Positions 39,308 to 50,073 of a stretch of DNA of 64,000 nt are shown piece by piece; position 1 is the first letter of the stretch, and each line of letters begins with the position of its first letter. Where the stretch lies: contig CAVOGR010000007.1 of NCBI GenBank assembly GCA_963695555.1, positions 1 through 64,000 of the forward strand, written 5' to 3'. Below the pieces are notes generated by a model. That model did no database searches, had not been told where the DNA came from, and saw only the letters and a program-made list of their open reading frames with translations. This stretch comes from an uncultured Gemmatimonadales bacterium. Lineage in GTDB: Bacteria > Gemmatimonadota > Gemmatimonadetes > Gemmatimonadales > GWC2-71-9. The translations under genes and the position numbers were made by a program.

Positions 39308-41590
39308 GTGTTCGACTCGATCTTCTCCTTCCTCTTCAAGTACCGCCCTGCCGTCTTCGCGAACGGACGGCTGGGATTCGAGCCACCCATTCCGCCTGTG
39401 GTGCTCGTCCTCGGGGTAACCATCCTCCTCGCCGGCGTTCTCGTGACCTACCGCTCCGCCCGGGGCCGCATGGGACGCCGCTATTTCTTCACCCTCACGG
39501 GGCTCCGCACCGCGCTCCTCGCCCTCTTGTTGCTGGCCCTGCTCCGGCCCGTGGTGGTCGTGTCGACCGTGATACCTCAAGAGAACATCCTGGCGGTCGT
39601 CCTGGACGACTCGAAGAGCATGCAGCTCGCCGACCAAGGCGATGCCCCGCGGAGCAGCCTCATCAGCCGCACGTTTTCGTCGGAGGAGGCCGGTCTGCTC
39701 CATGATCTGTCCGAGCGCTTCACCCTCCGATTCTTCCGTTTCGGCACCGATGTGGCCCGGCACGATCTTGCCCAGCCGCTCGGATTCGGAGAGACTCGGA
39801 CCAACTTGGGCGGGGCGCTGGCAGGGGTTCGCCGGGAGCTGACCGGGGTCCCGCTGGCGGGTGTCGTCGTGGTCACGGATGGAGCGGATAACGTGGCGGG
39901 AAACCTGGCCGAATCCGTGCTCCAGTATCAATCGGACGGCGTTCCCATCTACACGGTCGGTGTGGGCCGAGAGGTCTTGCCGCGTGACATCGAGCTCAGC
40001 CGCGTCGAAGCTCCGCACCAGGTCCTGAAGGGGTCCTCGGTGATGGTCGACGTCATGCTCACGCAAAGCGGCTTTCGCGGTGATCGGGTAACGCTCAACG
40101 TAGAGGATGGCGGCCGTATCGTGAACTCCCAGGAGGTGCGCCTGGCGGGCGATCGCGAGGCCACGGTGGTCCGGGTCAAGCTCACCGCGACAGAGGCCGG
40201 GGCACGCCTCTTCCGATTCCACGTACCGCCCCAGCCCGGCGAACTCATCAGCGAGAACAATGCCCGCGACGTGATGATCTCGGTCGAGGACCGCCGGGAA
40301 AAGATTCTCTACTTCGAGGGGGAGCCGCGCTTCGAAGTAAAGTTCATCCGACGCGCGTTGGAGGATGACCAGAACATCCAGGTCGTCACGCTCCAGCGGA
40401 CGGCGGAGAATAAGTACTTGCGACTCGGCGTGGACGATCCGGATGAACTCGTCTCGGGATTTCCGGCAACGCGGGAAGAGCTCTTCGCGTACCGCGGCAT
40501 CATCCTGGGAAGCGTCGAAGCCAGCTACTTCACCCACAGCCAACTCGTTCTGCTCGAGGAGTTCGTGGGGCAACGCGGCGGAGGCTTGCTGGTGTTGGGC
40601 GGGCGGCGCGCATTCGGCGAGGGCGGATACGCGGGGACACCGCTCGAAACCGTGTTGCCCGTTGTCCTGCCGCGCACCGCGGACGCGGAATTCTTCAGCG
40701 AGGTTGCCGTCGGGCCCACCCCGGCAGGTCTCGTCCACCCGGTCACCCGGCTGGTCGATGACGGAAAGCAATCCAGCGAACGGTGGACCGGGCTTCCTCG
40801 AGTGTCACTGCTCAACCCGATCATCCAGAGCAAGCCCGGGGCGAGCACCCTGCTCACGGGTCGGTCCGACGCGTCGAGTGAGTCCTATGTGGTGCTGGCC
40901 TTTCAGCGCTATGGCAAGGGGAAGGCCATTGCCTTCACCCCGCAGGATTCCTGGCTGTGGCAGATGCACGCCGACATCCCGCTCGACGACATGACGCATG
41001 AAACCTTCTGGCGTCAGATGCTTCGCTGGTTGGTCTCGAACGTGCCCGATCTGGTCACCGTCGCGACCCCAACGGAGCAGGTCGAGCCCGGCGAGACCGT
41101 CACCATCACCGCCGATGTCCGCGACTCGAGCTACCTGGGCGTCAACGGTGCCCAGGTCACAGCGTCCATCACCGATGCCCTGGGCACCGAAACCGACTAC
41201 CCAATGGAATGGACCGTGACGGAGGATGGGGTCTACCGCACCAGCCTCCCCACGGACCTTGCCGGCCGATATGACGTCCGGGTCCTGGCGCGCCGTGGAG
41301 ACGCAGTGCTCGGCGAGGGCCACGCGGCCCTTCGAGCGGAGCCCCAACCGACGGAGTACTTCAGCCCCGCAATGCGGGCCGACCTGTTGAAGGACGTGGC
41401 GGCCCAGACCGGAGGGCGCTTCTACACCGAAGCAACCCTCGGCAGACTGGCCGAGGACGTCCGGTACACCGAGAGCGGCATGACGCGGCTCGAGTCCCAT
41501 GACGTGTGGGATAGTCCCATTCTGTTCCTGGCCTTACTCGCGATCGTCAGCCTGGAATGGCTGCTCCGCCGGCGTCGGGGTTTGGCATGA
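39308..41590 (+). CDS. Membrane vWA + glutamine-amidotransferase-like domain protein
   Basis: N-terminal TMs, MIDAS LDDSKSM..VVVTDG, Ig-like segment, GGGLLVLGG, QRYGKGK, FWRQMLRW, C-terminal TM EWLLRRRRG. Confidence 0.82.
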   Translation: MFDSIFSFLFKYRPAVFANGRLGFEPPIPPVVLVLGVTILLAGVLVTYRSARGRMGRRYFFTLTGLRTALLALLLLALLRPVVVVSTVIPQENILAVVLDDSKSMQLADQGDAPRSSLISRTFSSEEAGLLHDLSERFTLRFFRFGTDVARHDLAQPLGFGETRTNLGGALAGVRRELTGVPLAGVVVVTDGADNVAGNLAESVLQYQSDGVPIYTVGVGREVLPRDIELSRVEAPHQVLKGSSVMVDVMLTQSGFRGDRVTLNVEDGGRIVNSQEVRLAGDREATVVRVKLTATEAGARLFRFHVPPQPGELISENNARDVMISVEDRREKILYFEGEPRFEVKFIRRALEDDQNIQVVTLQRTAENKYLRLGVDDPDELVSGFPATREELFAYRGIILGSVEASYFTHSQLVLLEEFVGQRGGGLLVLGGRRAFGEGGYAGTPLETVLPVVLPRTADAEFFSEVAVGPTPAGLVHPVTRLVDDGKQSSERWTGLPRVSLLNPIIQSKPGASTLLTGRSDASSESYVVLAFQRYGKGKAIAFTPQDSWLWQMHADIPLDDMTHETFWRQMLRWLVSNVPDLVTVATPTEQVEPGETVTITADVRDSSYLGVNGAQVTASITDALGTETDYPMEWTVTEDGVYRTSLPTDLAGRYDVRVLARRGDAVLGEGHAALRAEPQPTEYFSPAMRADLLKDVAAQTGGRFYTEATLGRLAEDVRYTESGMTRLESHDVWDSPILFLALLAIVSLEWLLRRRRGLA

Positions 41591-42573
41591 TACGCCCGAT
41601 CCTGCTGGGCCTAGCACTCTGCCTGCCGCTCGCCACGCTGCCCGCGCAGACGCACCTCGTGGTCGTCACAGGACTCGGCGGTGAAGCACGGTATCGCGAC
41701 ACCTTCCACGCGTGGGCGCTGGAATTGATCGACGCCACCACCGGCCGCTACGGGGTGCCGGTCGACAACGTCATCTACCTCGGTGAGTCAGCCAATCGGG
41801 ACACGACGCGCATCGCGGCCCGCTCCACCATGGAGAACATTGAGCGAGCCCTCACGGACCTGGCGGGACGCGCCGAACCCAACGCGCAGGTGATTGTGGT
41901 ACTCATTGGCCATGGGAGTGCGCGCGACGGCGAGCCCAAACTCAATTTGCCCGGCCCCGACCTGACGGCCGTGCAGCTCGCGCGGCTGCTCGACGCATTC
42001 CCCACGCAGACGATCGTCGTAGCCAATTTCGCAAGCGCCAGCGGAGGCTTCATCCCCGCCCTGTCCGGGCCGCGACGGGTCATCATTACCGCCACCAAGA
42101 GCGGAACGGAACGAAATCAGGCCCGCTTCGGCAAGTTCTTTGTAGCCGCGTTTGCCGGGGGGCAAGCGGATGTCGATCACGATGGAATCGTCTCCGTGCT
42201 CGAAGCATTCACCTACGCACGACGAGAAGTGGCTCGTACCTACAGCCAAGAAGGCACCCTGCTCACGGAGCATGCCCTGCTCGACGATAACGGGGACAAG
42301 ACCGGGAGCTACGAGCCCGATCCTACGACGACCGACGGTGCACTCGCCCGGACCATCACCCTCGGATACAGCGCAGCGGGTCCCATCGCGCGCGATCCGG
42401 AGCTCGCGGCCCTGTACGAGGAGAAGCGGATCCTCGAACAAGCCATCGCCGCATTGCAGCGGGACAAGAATCGGCTGGAACCCGCAGTCTACGAGCAACG
42501 ACTGGAGGCGATCCTGCTCGACCTCGCCGCAACCAACAAGACCATCCGCGACCGGGAGGACGGCACACCATGA
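41587..42573 (+). CDS. Secreted caspase/legumain-fold (clan CD-like) protein lacking the catalytic Cys
   Basis: Signal peptide; VIVVLIGHG, NFASASGGF, VIITAT, ADVDHDGIVSVLEAF. Confidence 0.65.
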   Translation: MIRPILLGLALCLPLATLPAQTHLVVVTGLGGEARYRDTFHAWALELIDATTGRYGVPVDNVIYLGESANRDTTRIAARSTMENIERALTDLAGRAEPNAQVIVVLIGHGSARDGEPKLNLPGPDLTAVQLARLLDAFPTQTIVVANFASASGGFIPALSGPRRVIITATKSGTERNQARFGKFFVAAFAGGQADVDHDGIVSVLEAFTYARREVARTYSQEGTLLTEHALLDDNGDKTGSYEPDPTTTDGALARTITLGYSAAGPIARDPELAALYEEKRILEQAIAALQRDKNRLEPAVYEQRLEAILLDLAATNKTIRDREDGTP

Positions 42574-45221
42574 TCCGACGGGCCCGACCGATCACGGGAG
42601 TGGTGCTCGGACTCGCCGTGTCTGCCTGCGGGTCGCGCGGTCACGCGCAGGCAACGCTGGCGCAGGCCGATTCGCTGGCCAGAGCGGGGGAATATCGGAC
42701 GGCCATCGAGGCCTACCGCGGACTGAGCCGCCGCGAGCCATCCTGGCAGACGACTCGCATGCTCGCCAGCAGCCTGCAGGCAATCGGTGACTACGTCGAC
42801 GCGGAACAGACGCTCCGCTCGGCCATCGAAGATTCGGTACCTGACGCCCACCAGCTTTGGAATACGCTCGGCGAGGTACTCACTCGCCAGGGACGGGACG
42901 TGGAGGCTCGCGAGGTGTTCGAGCGCGGCATCGCGAGCGGCGCGGCCGATCGGCTCTCGGCCGAGCTCAACCTTGCAGTCGCGAGCTTCGACCGCGGCGA
43001 ACTCGACGCGGCGACGCGGCAATTCGACCGGTTCATCGACATGTACAATCGCGGAGCGGCACGGACGGCAGCCGACTTCAGGGCCGTTGCGCGAGCCGTC
43101 CGCTACCTCGGACGCACCGACCCACAACTCTACAAGGACGCGCTCCGGGCATACGACGAGGCCGTCGCCTTGGATCCGCAGGATCTCGACATCCAAGTCG
43201 AGATCGGCAACCTGTTTCTCGAGAAGTACCGGAGCGACGAAGCCACGACGACCTTCACTGCCATCCTCGAGCACAATCCCAATCACGCCGACGCTATTCT
43301 CGGCCTGGCTCGCGTGAAACACTTCGACGGTTCGAGCGAGGCCTTCGCCCTGGTGCAGCGGAGCCTCGGGATCAACCCCAATCTGGTTGGTGCCCGCGTA
43401 TTTCTCGCTCGTCTCTACATCGACCTGGAGGATTTCGCCTCGGCGGCGTCCGAGGCCGAACGGGCGCTGGCCGTCAATCCGCGAGCGGTCGACGCCTTGG
43501 CAATGTCGGCGGCAGCTCGTTACCTGGCCAATGACTCCACCGGCTTCGCTCAGGCTCGTGACAGTGCCCTCGGAATCGATCCGCGTAACACGGCATTCTT
43601 CAGCACCCTGGCCGAGCTCGCGGCCCGGAACCGCCTCTACCAGCAGGCGGTCGATTTTGCGGGACAAGCGGTGCAACTGGACTCGCTGGCCTGGCGGGGA
43701 TACGCCCTCCGAGGCCTGAACCGCCTTCGGACCGGGGCCATCGCCGAGGGCCGGCATGATTTGGAAACGGGCTTTGCCGGAGACCCGTATGACCTGTGGA
43801 CCAAGAACACGCTCGACCTGCTCGATGTCGTCGGGCAATACGTCGAAATCCGCTCACCCCGGTTTCAGCTGGTGCTCGATCCCAAGGAGGCGGAAGTGGT
43901 TCGGCTCTATCTCGAGCCGCTAGCCGAGGAAGCGTATGACCGCCTCGCGGCGCGCTACGGGGTCAGGCCGCCCGCGCCGATCCGGGTGGAGGTGTATCCC
44001 CGGCACGCCGACTTCTCGGTCCGGACGATCGGACTTGCCGGGCTCGGCGCTTTGGGGGTGAGCTTCGGTCCCGTCATCGCGATGGATGCGCCCTCGGCGC
44101 GCCCGCCCGGCGACTTTCACTGGGGTGCGACGTTCTGGCATGAGTTGGCCCACACGTTTCACATGACGGCCAGCAGGCATCGCGTCCCGCGATGGTTCAC
44201 CGAGGGCTTGGCGGTGCTGGAGGAGCGTCGAGCGCGCCCCGGGTGGGGCGACGACGTGACGCCCGGGTTTCTCCTCGCGTTTCGCGAGGGACAGCTGGCG
44301 CCGGTGAGCAACCTCAATCAGGGCTTCATGCGGCCCGCGTACCCGGAACAGGTGATCTACTCCTACTACCAGTCGTCGCTGGTATTCGAGTTGATCGAAC
44401 AGGAATACGGCTTCGAGGCCATCCGGCACATGCTCGCGGCCTATCGCGACGGTGCACAAACCCCGGATGTGTTTCGCACCGTACTCCGTGTCGAACCCGC
44501 CACCTTCGATCAGACGTTCACGTCTTTTCTCGAAACGCGTTTTGCAGCGGCGCTTGCCGCCCTGCGTCACGGAACCGGTGACCACAGAGCCCCAGGGCGG
44601 GACGTGATCGGCCGCCGGGCTTCCGCGGACACGACCGACTTCGCCGTACAGTTGGGGCTCGGAAAGGCACTCTTCTCGGAAGGTCGGCTGGAGGAGGCGC
44701 TGGTCCCACTCCGCCGGGCCAAGGCGCTCTTTCCGGAGTATCTCGGCAGCGACAGCCCTCGGTGGCTACTTGGCCAGGTCTACCAGGCTCGAGGGCAGCT
44801 CGATCAAGCCGCGGCGGAACTCACCGACCTCACCGCTCGTAATGCCAAGCACTACCCTGCGCTCCAGGCACTGGCAGAGATCGAAGCGGAGCGTGGCAAT
44901 CCGGACCGTGCCGCCCGTGCCCTCGAATCGCTCATGTTCGTATACCCGTACGACATCGCACAGCACCGGAACCTAGCCGGCTATGCGCGTGCCCTAGGTG
45001 AGGAGGCTACCGAATTGCGCGAGCGGCGCGCCGTGCTGGCTCTCGACCCGGTGGATCGGCCGCAAGCGCTCTACGAACTGGCGCGGGCCTACCGGGATGC
45101 GGGCGATCGGAGAGCAGCGCGCCGCACGGTGCTCGAGGCCTTGGAGCAGGCACCCAACTACCAGGATGCACTCGACTTGTTGCTCGAGTTGCAGGCCACG
45201 CGCGGCCAAGGCACGGAGTAA
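42570..45221 (+). CDS. TPR protein with central zincin (peptidase MA-like) domain
   Basis: Signal peptide/lipobox-like LAVSAC, many TPRs, TFWHELAH...VPRWFTEGLA. Confidence 0.85.
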   Translation: MIRRARPITGVVLGLAVSACGSRGHAQATLAQADSLARAGEYRTAIEAYRGLSRREPSWQTTRMLASSLQAIGDYVDAEQTLRSAIEDSVPDAHQLWNTLGEVLTRQGRDVEAREVFERGIASGAADRLSAELNLAVASFDRGELDAATRQFDRFIDMYNRGAARTAADFRAVARAVRYLGRTDPQLYKDALRAYDEAVALDPQDLDIQVEIGNLFLEKYRSDEATTTFTAILEHNPNHADAILGLARVKHFDGSSEAFALVQRSLGINPNLVGARVFLARLYIDLEDFASAASEAERALAVNPRAVDALAMSAAARYLANDSTGFAQARDSALGIDPRNTAFFSTLAELAARNRLYQQAVDFAGQAVQLDSLAWRGYALRGLNRLRTGAIAEGRHDLETGFAGDPYDLWTKNTLDLLDVVGQYVEIRSPRFQLVLDPKEAEVVRLYLEPLAEEAYDRLAARYGVRPPAPIRVEVYPRHADFSVRTIGLAGLGALGVSFGPVIAMDAPSARPPGDFHWGATFWHELAHTFHMTASRHRVPRWFTEGLAVLEERRARPGWGDDVTPGFLLAFREGQLAPVSNLNQGFMRPAYPEQVIYSYYQSSLVFELIEQEYGFEAIRHMLAAYRDGAQTPDVFRTVLRVEPATFDQTFTSFLETRFAAALAALRHGTGDHRAPGRDVIGRRASADTTDFAVQLGLGKALFSEGRLEEALVPLRRAKALFPEYLGSDSPRWLLGQVYQARGQLDQAAAELTDLTARNAKHYPALQALAEIEAERGNPDRAARALESLMFVYPYDIAQHRNLAGYARALGEEATELRERRAVLALDPVDRPQALYELARAYRDAGDRRAARRTVLEALEQAPNYQDALDLLLELQATRGQGTE

Positions 45222-45226
45222 ACCGG

Positions 45227-46018
45227 ATGAAGATTCGATTTCTTGTGTTGGTGTCGGCGGCCGTCGCGCTCGCTGCGCTGCCTGCCACCGCCCAACGCCG
45301 CGCTCCCGGTACCGACCGGACGGACCGGTTCAATGTCGGCTATGACGGACGATACACGTTCGTGCGCTTGGCCTACACTCCGATCACCAGCCGTCAGCGC
45401 GGCGGGGGCGGGTTCTTCGGCGGAGCGGACTACCAGTGGAATCACGATTGGCCCCGCGCCGATCGGAACTTCTCCAAGATCCTCGGCGAGCTGACCGCAG
45501 TCGAGGCGCGGCTCGACGGCGGCAATGTGCTGTCGGTCGGCGATCCCGAGATCTTCAAGTACCCGGTGGCATACTTGGTCGAACCAGGGTACATGACGTT
45601 GACCGACGAGGAGGCGGACAATCTTCGCAATTACCTGCTCAAGGGCGGCTTCCTCATCGTCGATGATTTTGCCGATAATTTTTCACAGGGGCCGGAGTGG
45701 GGCAACTTCACCCAGTACATGCGCATGGTGTTGCCCGAGGGCCGCTTCATCAAGCTCGCGCCGGATCACCCGCTGTTCACTTCGTTCTTCACGATCGAGT
45801 CGCTCGACTTCTATCACCCGTACCGCGGGGTTCCTTCCCAGTTTTTCGGCCTGTTCGAGGATAACGACCCCACGAAACGCCTGCTGGTAATCGCGAATTA
45901 CAACAACGACATCGGTGAAGCGTGGGAATACTCGGAAACCGGGTTCTTCCCGGTGGACATTACCAACACCGCGTACAAGCTCGGAGTAAACTACGTCATG
46001 TACGCCATGACGCACTGA
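45227..46018 (+). CDS. DUF4159-domain secreted protein
   Basis: Signal peptide; FVRLAY, WNHDWPRAD, LRNYLLKGGFLIVDDF, NNDIGEAWE, YKLGVNYVMYAMTH. Confidence 0.88.
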   Translation: MKIRFLVLVSAAVALAALPATAQRRAPGTDRTDRFNVGYDGRYTFVRLAYTPITSRQRGGGGFFGGADYQWNHDWPRADRNFSKILGELTAVEARLDGGNVLSVGDPEIFKYPVAYLVEPGYMTLTDEEADNLRNYLLKGGFLIVDDFADNFSQGPEWGNFTQYMRMVLPEGRFIKLAPDHPLFTSFFTIESLDFYHPYRGVPSQFFGLFEDNDPTKRLLVIANYNNDIGEAWEYSETGFFPVDITNTAYKLGVNYVMYAMTH

Positions 46019-46040
46019 CGCCTTTTATCCAGGAAGCCCC

Positions 46041-47075
46041 ATGACGACCCAGATCGAGTCGGCCGCTCACGATACCGTTGACGACTTGGCGCTGGCCCGG
46101 CAGCTCAAGGCCGGCCGCGACAAGATCTTCACCGAGCTCCGGAAGCTCATCGTCGGGCAGGAGGCCGTCATCGAACAAGTGCTGCTGACCTTATTGGCCG
46201 GGGGCAACAGTCTCATCGTGGGGGTCCCAGGGTTGGCCAAGACGCTGCTCATCCAAACGATTGCCCGCGTGCTCGATCTCAAGTTCTCACGGATTCAGTT
46301 CACCCCGGACCTCATGCCGTCCGACATCATCGGAACGGATTTGGTACAAGAAAATCCTGAGAGCGGTGAGCGGCGCATGGTGTTCATGCCTGGCCCGATC
46401 TTCAGCAACATCATCCTGGCCGACGAGATCAACCGCACGCCGCCTAAAACGCAGGCTGCGCTGCTCGAGGCCATGCAGGAACACCGGGTGACCGTCCAGG
46501 GCCGCACCTATACGCTGGATGAGCCTTTCTTCGTGTTCGCAACGCAAAACCCGATCGAGCTGGAGGGTACCTATCCGCTTCCGGAGGCCCAGCTCGACCG
46601 GTTCATGTTCCACATTACCATGGATCACCTGCCGGAGCGGGAGGAGATGGACGTGGTGCGAAGCACCACGGCGATTCAAGACCCGCAGTTCGAGCATGCT
46701 GTCGACGGGCCGGCACTGGTTGCCTTCCAGCGGTTGGTCCGCCAGGTGCCGGTGTCCGACCCGGTGCTCCAGTATGCGGTGTCACTCGTTCGACATACCC
46801 GGCCCAAGGACCCCCGTGCCCCCGAGGCGATCCGGCAGTGCGTGTCATACGGGGCCAGTGTCCGGGCGGCTCAGTACCTCGTCTTGGGTGGGAAGGCCCG
46901 CGCGCTCACCCAGGGTCGGCTCCACGTCACGTTCGATGATGTGAAAGCGCTGGCGCACCCGGTGCTCCGCCATCGGGTCCTCACCAACTTCTACGCGGAA
47001 TCGGAGCGCATCACCTCGGACGATCTCATCGATCAGCTGTTGGAGACGGTGGCACCGCCGTCGTCGGGCCTGTGA
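46041..47075 (+). CDS. moxR: MoxR-family AAA+ ATPase
   Basis: GVPGLAKT, RIQFTPDLMPSD, LADEINRTPPKTQAALLEAMQE, ATQNPIELEGTYPLPEAQLDRF. Confidence 0.96.
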   Translation: MTTQIESAAHDTVDDLALARQLKAGRDKIFTELRKLIVGQEAVIEQVLLTLLAGGNSLIVGVPGLAKTLLIQTIARVLDLKFSRIQFTPDLMPSDIIGTDLVQENPESGERRMVFMPGPIFSNIILADEINRTPPKTQAALLEAMQEHRVTVQGRTYTLDEPFFVFATQNPIELEGTYPLPEAQLDRFMFHITMDHLPEREEMDVVRSTTAIQDPQFEHAVDGPALVAFQRLVRQVPVSDPVLQYAVSLVRHTRPKDPRAPEAIRQCVSYGASVRAAQYLVLGGKARALTQGRLHVTFDDVKALAHPVLRHRVLTNFYAESERITSDDLIDQLLETVAPPSSGL

Positions 47076-47962
47076 CAACTCGTTTTCTCGACCCCAAGGT
47101 CTTGGCGCGCATCGACCGGCTCGATCTCCTGGCCCGGACGGTGGTGGATGGTTTCGTCGCCGGCCTGCATCAGTCGCCCCACCTCGGGGTCTCGGTCGAC
47201 TTCGCTGAGCACCGGGCGTACATGCCGGGTGATGATATTCGCCGCATCGATTGGCGAGTGTACGGACGGACGGATCGCCTCTATGTCAAGGAATTCGAGG
47301 CGGAAACCAATGCCAACATCAGCATTCTCATCGACATCTCCGCGTCGATGGACTATGCGAGCCAGGAAATCTCGAAGCTGGATTACGCCCGCTACCTGGC
47401 CGCAAGCCTGGCCTATTTCTCCTTTCACCAACGCGACCGGGTGGGACTGGTCACCTTCGATCAGGATGTGGTGACCCAGGTACCGCCGACCGGCCGACGG
47501 CTGGACACGATCCTCCATTCGATCGATCGCATCACGCCGGGCGGCCGGGGCCAGCTCGACCTCCCGCTTCGCCGCATCGCCGAGAGCATTCGCCGCCGAA
47601 GCATTCTCGTGTTGATTTCGGATCTGTACGAGCCGCCGCAGGAAATTCTGACGGCGATCAACCGACTTCGGCGGCGGGGCAACGATCTCATCGTATTCCA
47701 TCTGCTCGACCCCGCTGAGGTCGAGTTCACCTTCGACGAGGCGACCCAATTCGAGGACCTGGAGACCGGTGAGCGGATTCCCGTGGTGCCGGCACGGGTC
47801 CGTGCCGGATATCGCGGTCTGATGCAGGAGCACGTGGCCGAGCTCACTAAACGAATGGGCCAGAACCGCATCGACTACTATCTGATCGAAACCGCGAAGC
47901 CGCTCGACCACGCCCTGTTCCATTACCTCAGCCGGCGGCACCGCATGTCGCGAGTCCGCTGA
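47072..47962 (+). CDS. DUF58 vWA-domain protein
   Basis: DFAEHRAYMPGDDIRRIDW, YVKEFEAE, IDISASM, LISDL. Confidence 0.93.
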   Translation: MTTRFLDPKVLARIDRLDLLARTVVDGFVAGLHQSPHLGVSVDFAEHRAYMPGDDIRRIDWRVYGRTDRLYVKEFEAETNANISILIDISASMDYASQEISKLDYARYLAASLAYFSFHQRDRVGLVTFDQDVVTQVPPTGRRLDTILHSIDRITPGGRGQLDLPLRRIAESIRRRSILVLISDLYEPPQEILTAINRLRRRGNDLIVFHLLDPAEVEFTFDEATQFEDLETGERIPVVPARVRAGYRGLMQEHVAELTKRMGQNRIDYYLIETAKPLDHALFHYLSRRHRMSRVR

Positions 47963-50073
47963 TGGGCCTGTCGTTTCTGGCTCCCGCCTTCCTTGCCGCT
48001 TTAGCCGCCTTGGCGGTTCCGGTCCTGGTGCATTTGACGCACCGGAGCCGGAAGGAGGTCGTCCGGTTTCCCTCGCTGCGCTTTCTCGATCAGGTACCCT
48101 ACCGAGCAGTCCGCCGGCAGCGCATTCGGCACTGGGCACTGTTCGCCGCGCGGTGCCTGGCGCTGGTACTCCTGGCCCTCGCGTTCGCTCGCCCGCTGCT
48201 GGACCGCCTGCGCGGCATGGGCTCGGCAGATGCGGGAAGCACCGAGCACGTGATCCTGCTCGATCGGTCGTACAGCATGGGCTACGGCAACCATTGGCAA
48301 CGGGCGCTCGATGCCGCGCGCGATGTTCTGGATGCGCTGGGCCCCGGCGATAAGGTCTCCCTCGTGACCTTTGCCGACGAGGCGAGCCTCGTCGCCGAGG
48401 CATCCTTCGATCCGGCCGCGCTCCGCACCACCCTCGGCGGTCTCACGCCCGGCCCTGGGCGCACCCGATTCGCACCGGCACTCCAGGTCGCGCGGCAGCT
48501 GCTCGACCGATCCGAGCTGGCGGACCGTGAGGTCGTGATGATCAGCGACTTCCAGAACCAAGGGTGGGAACGCTCAGCCGATGTCGGCCTGCCGCGCAGC
48601 ACCCGCTTTCGCACAGTCGATTTGTCGGTGGCAGAACCGGTCAACGTGTTGGTATCGGACGCACAAATTCAACGCGGTGAACGGGGCGGGCGCGAGGAGG
48701 TCTATGTCTTGGCCCGAGTGGTCAATCAGGGCGAGGCCCCCGTGAGAGGTCTCGCGGTAGAACTCGAGGTAGATGCCGCAGCAGTGGATCGCAAACTGGT
48801 CGACGTCGGGGCACGAGGCGCCGCGACGGTTCGATTCGGGCCGATTGCCCAGCCGTCGGCCACCGCCCGCGCGACGGTTAGGACAGCGCGCGATTCGCTG
48901 ACGCTGGACAATGCCTTTCACTTCGTGCTCCCTCCTCGCCCGACTGTGTCGATCCTGATCGTGGAGGCGGCCACCGGCGGCCGCGGCACCCTCTACCTCC
49001 GACAGGCGCTCCGTATCAGCCACGAACCGGCCTTTCTCGTGGAGTCGCGCCGGGTCGACCGGCTCCGGCCCGAGGATTTGGCCGACCGAGCGGTCGTAGT
49101 GCTCAACGATTGCCCGTTCCCGGGGGGCCAGGCCGGACGGGACCTGATCGAATTCGTGCGCGACGGCGGAGGGCTGTTGACCGTCCTCGGCAGTAAGAGC
49201 ACCCTGAGCGGCTGGCCGGCCGACGCGCGCGCACTTCTCCCCGGCACGTGGGGAGCGCCGATCGACCAGCTCCCGATGCGCGGCGTCGCACTCGGGAGCA
49301 TCGACTACGCGCATCCGGTATTTGCCGCCTTCAGCAGCCCGGAGCATGGAGACCTGTCCTTGCCCCGGTTCTATCGCTATCGGCCGCTCCAGATGGACTC
49401 CACGGCCACCGTGGTGGCGCGGTTTTCCGACGGCGGCGTGGCGCTCGCGGAGCGCACCATCGGCCAGGGAAAGTCGCTCATGTGGACCTCGGCGCTCGAC
49501 AACGCATGGAGCGATTTGCCGATCCAACCGGTCTATCTGCCCGTCGTGCACGAGATGGCCCGCCACCTCGCCGGCCGCCGGACGGACCCTCCCTTCTATG
49601 CCTCGGGTCAGATTCTCGATCTGTCCCACTACGTCGACCGTCTCACCGGCACGCGGGGAGCAACGCTAGACGAAGTCGTTGTGGAAACCCCGGGGGGAAC
49701 GAGCGTCTCCAAGACCACGGCCGGTGAGAACCGGTTTCTGCCCTTGGATGAGGCGGGTTTCTACGCACTGCGGCCAGCCGGGAGGCGCATCGCCGTGTAT
49801 CCGGTGGCGGTCAATGCCGATCGCACGGAATCAGACCTCAGCCCGCTCGATCCGGAAGAGTTCAGCGCGGCGGTGACCGCGGATACCGGGCCTGGAGAGC
49901 TCGAACCCAGTCAGGCGGCCAGCCTGACGCCGGCGGAACGCGAGCGGCGTCAATCGCTCTGGTGGTACTTATTGGCCGCGGGGCTGCTGGTGCTCGGAGC
50001 TGAATCGATCGCCGCAAACCGATTACCCTTCGTGGCGAGACCCGAAAGCGCCCAGGAGGCATCTGGTGGCTAG
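47962..50073 (+). CDS. BatA-domain/vWA membrane protein
   Basis: VPVLVHL..RFPSLRFL, LAFARP, MIDAS LDRSYSM, ISDFQ, FVRDGGGLL, C-terminal TM LWWYLL. Confidence 0.88.
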   Translation: MGLSFLAPAFLAALAALAVPVLVHLTHRSRKEVVRFPSLRFLDQVPYRAVRRQRIRHWALFAARCLALVLLALAFARPLLDRLRGMGSADAGSTEHVILLDRSYSMGYGNHWQRALDAARDVLDALGPGDKVSLVTFADEASLVAEASFDPAALRTTLGGLTPGPGRTRFAPALQVARQLLDRSELADREVVMISDFQNQGWERSADVGLPRSTRFRTVDLSVAEPVNVLVSDAQIQRGERGGREEVYVLARVVNQGEAPVRGLAVELEVDAAAVDRKLVDVGARGAATVRFGPIAQPSATARATVRTARDSLTLDNAFHFVLPPRPTVSILIVEAATGGRGTLYLRQALRISHEPAFLVESRRVDRLRPEDLADRAVVVLNDCPFPGGQAGRDLIEFVRDGGGLLTVLGSKSTLSGWPADARALLPGTWGAPIDQLPMRGVALGSIDYAHPVFAAFSSPEHGDLSLPRFYRYRPLQMDSTATVVARFSDGGVALAERTIGQGKSLMWTSALDNAWSDLPIQPVYLPVVHEMARHLAGRRTDPPFYASGQILDLSHYVDRLTGTRGATLDEVVVETPGGTSVSKTTAGENRFLPLDEAGFYALRPAGRRIAVYPVAVNADRTESDLSPLDPEEFSAAVTADTGPGELEPSQAASLTPAERERRQSLWWYLLAAGLLVLGAESIAANRLPFVARPESAQEASGG

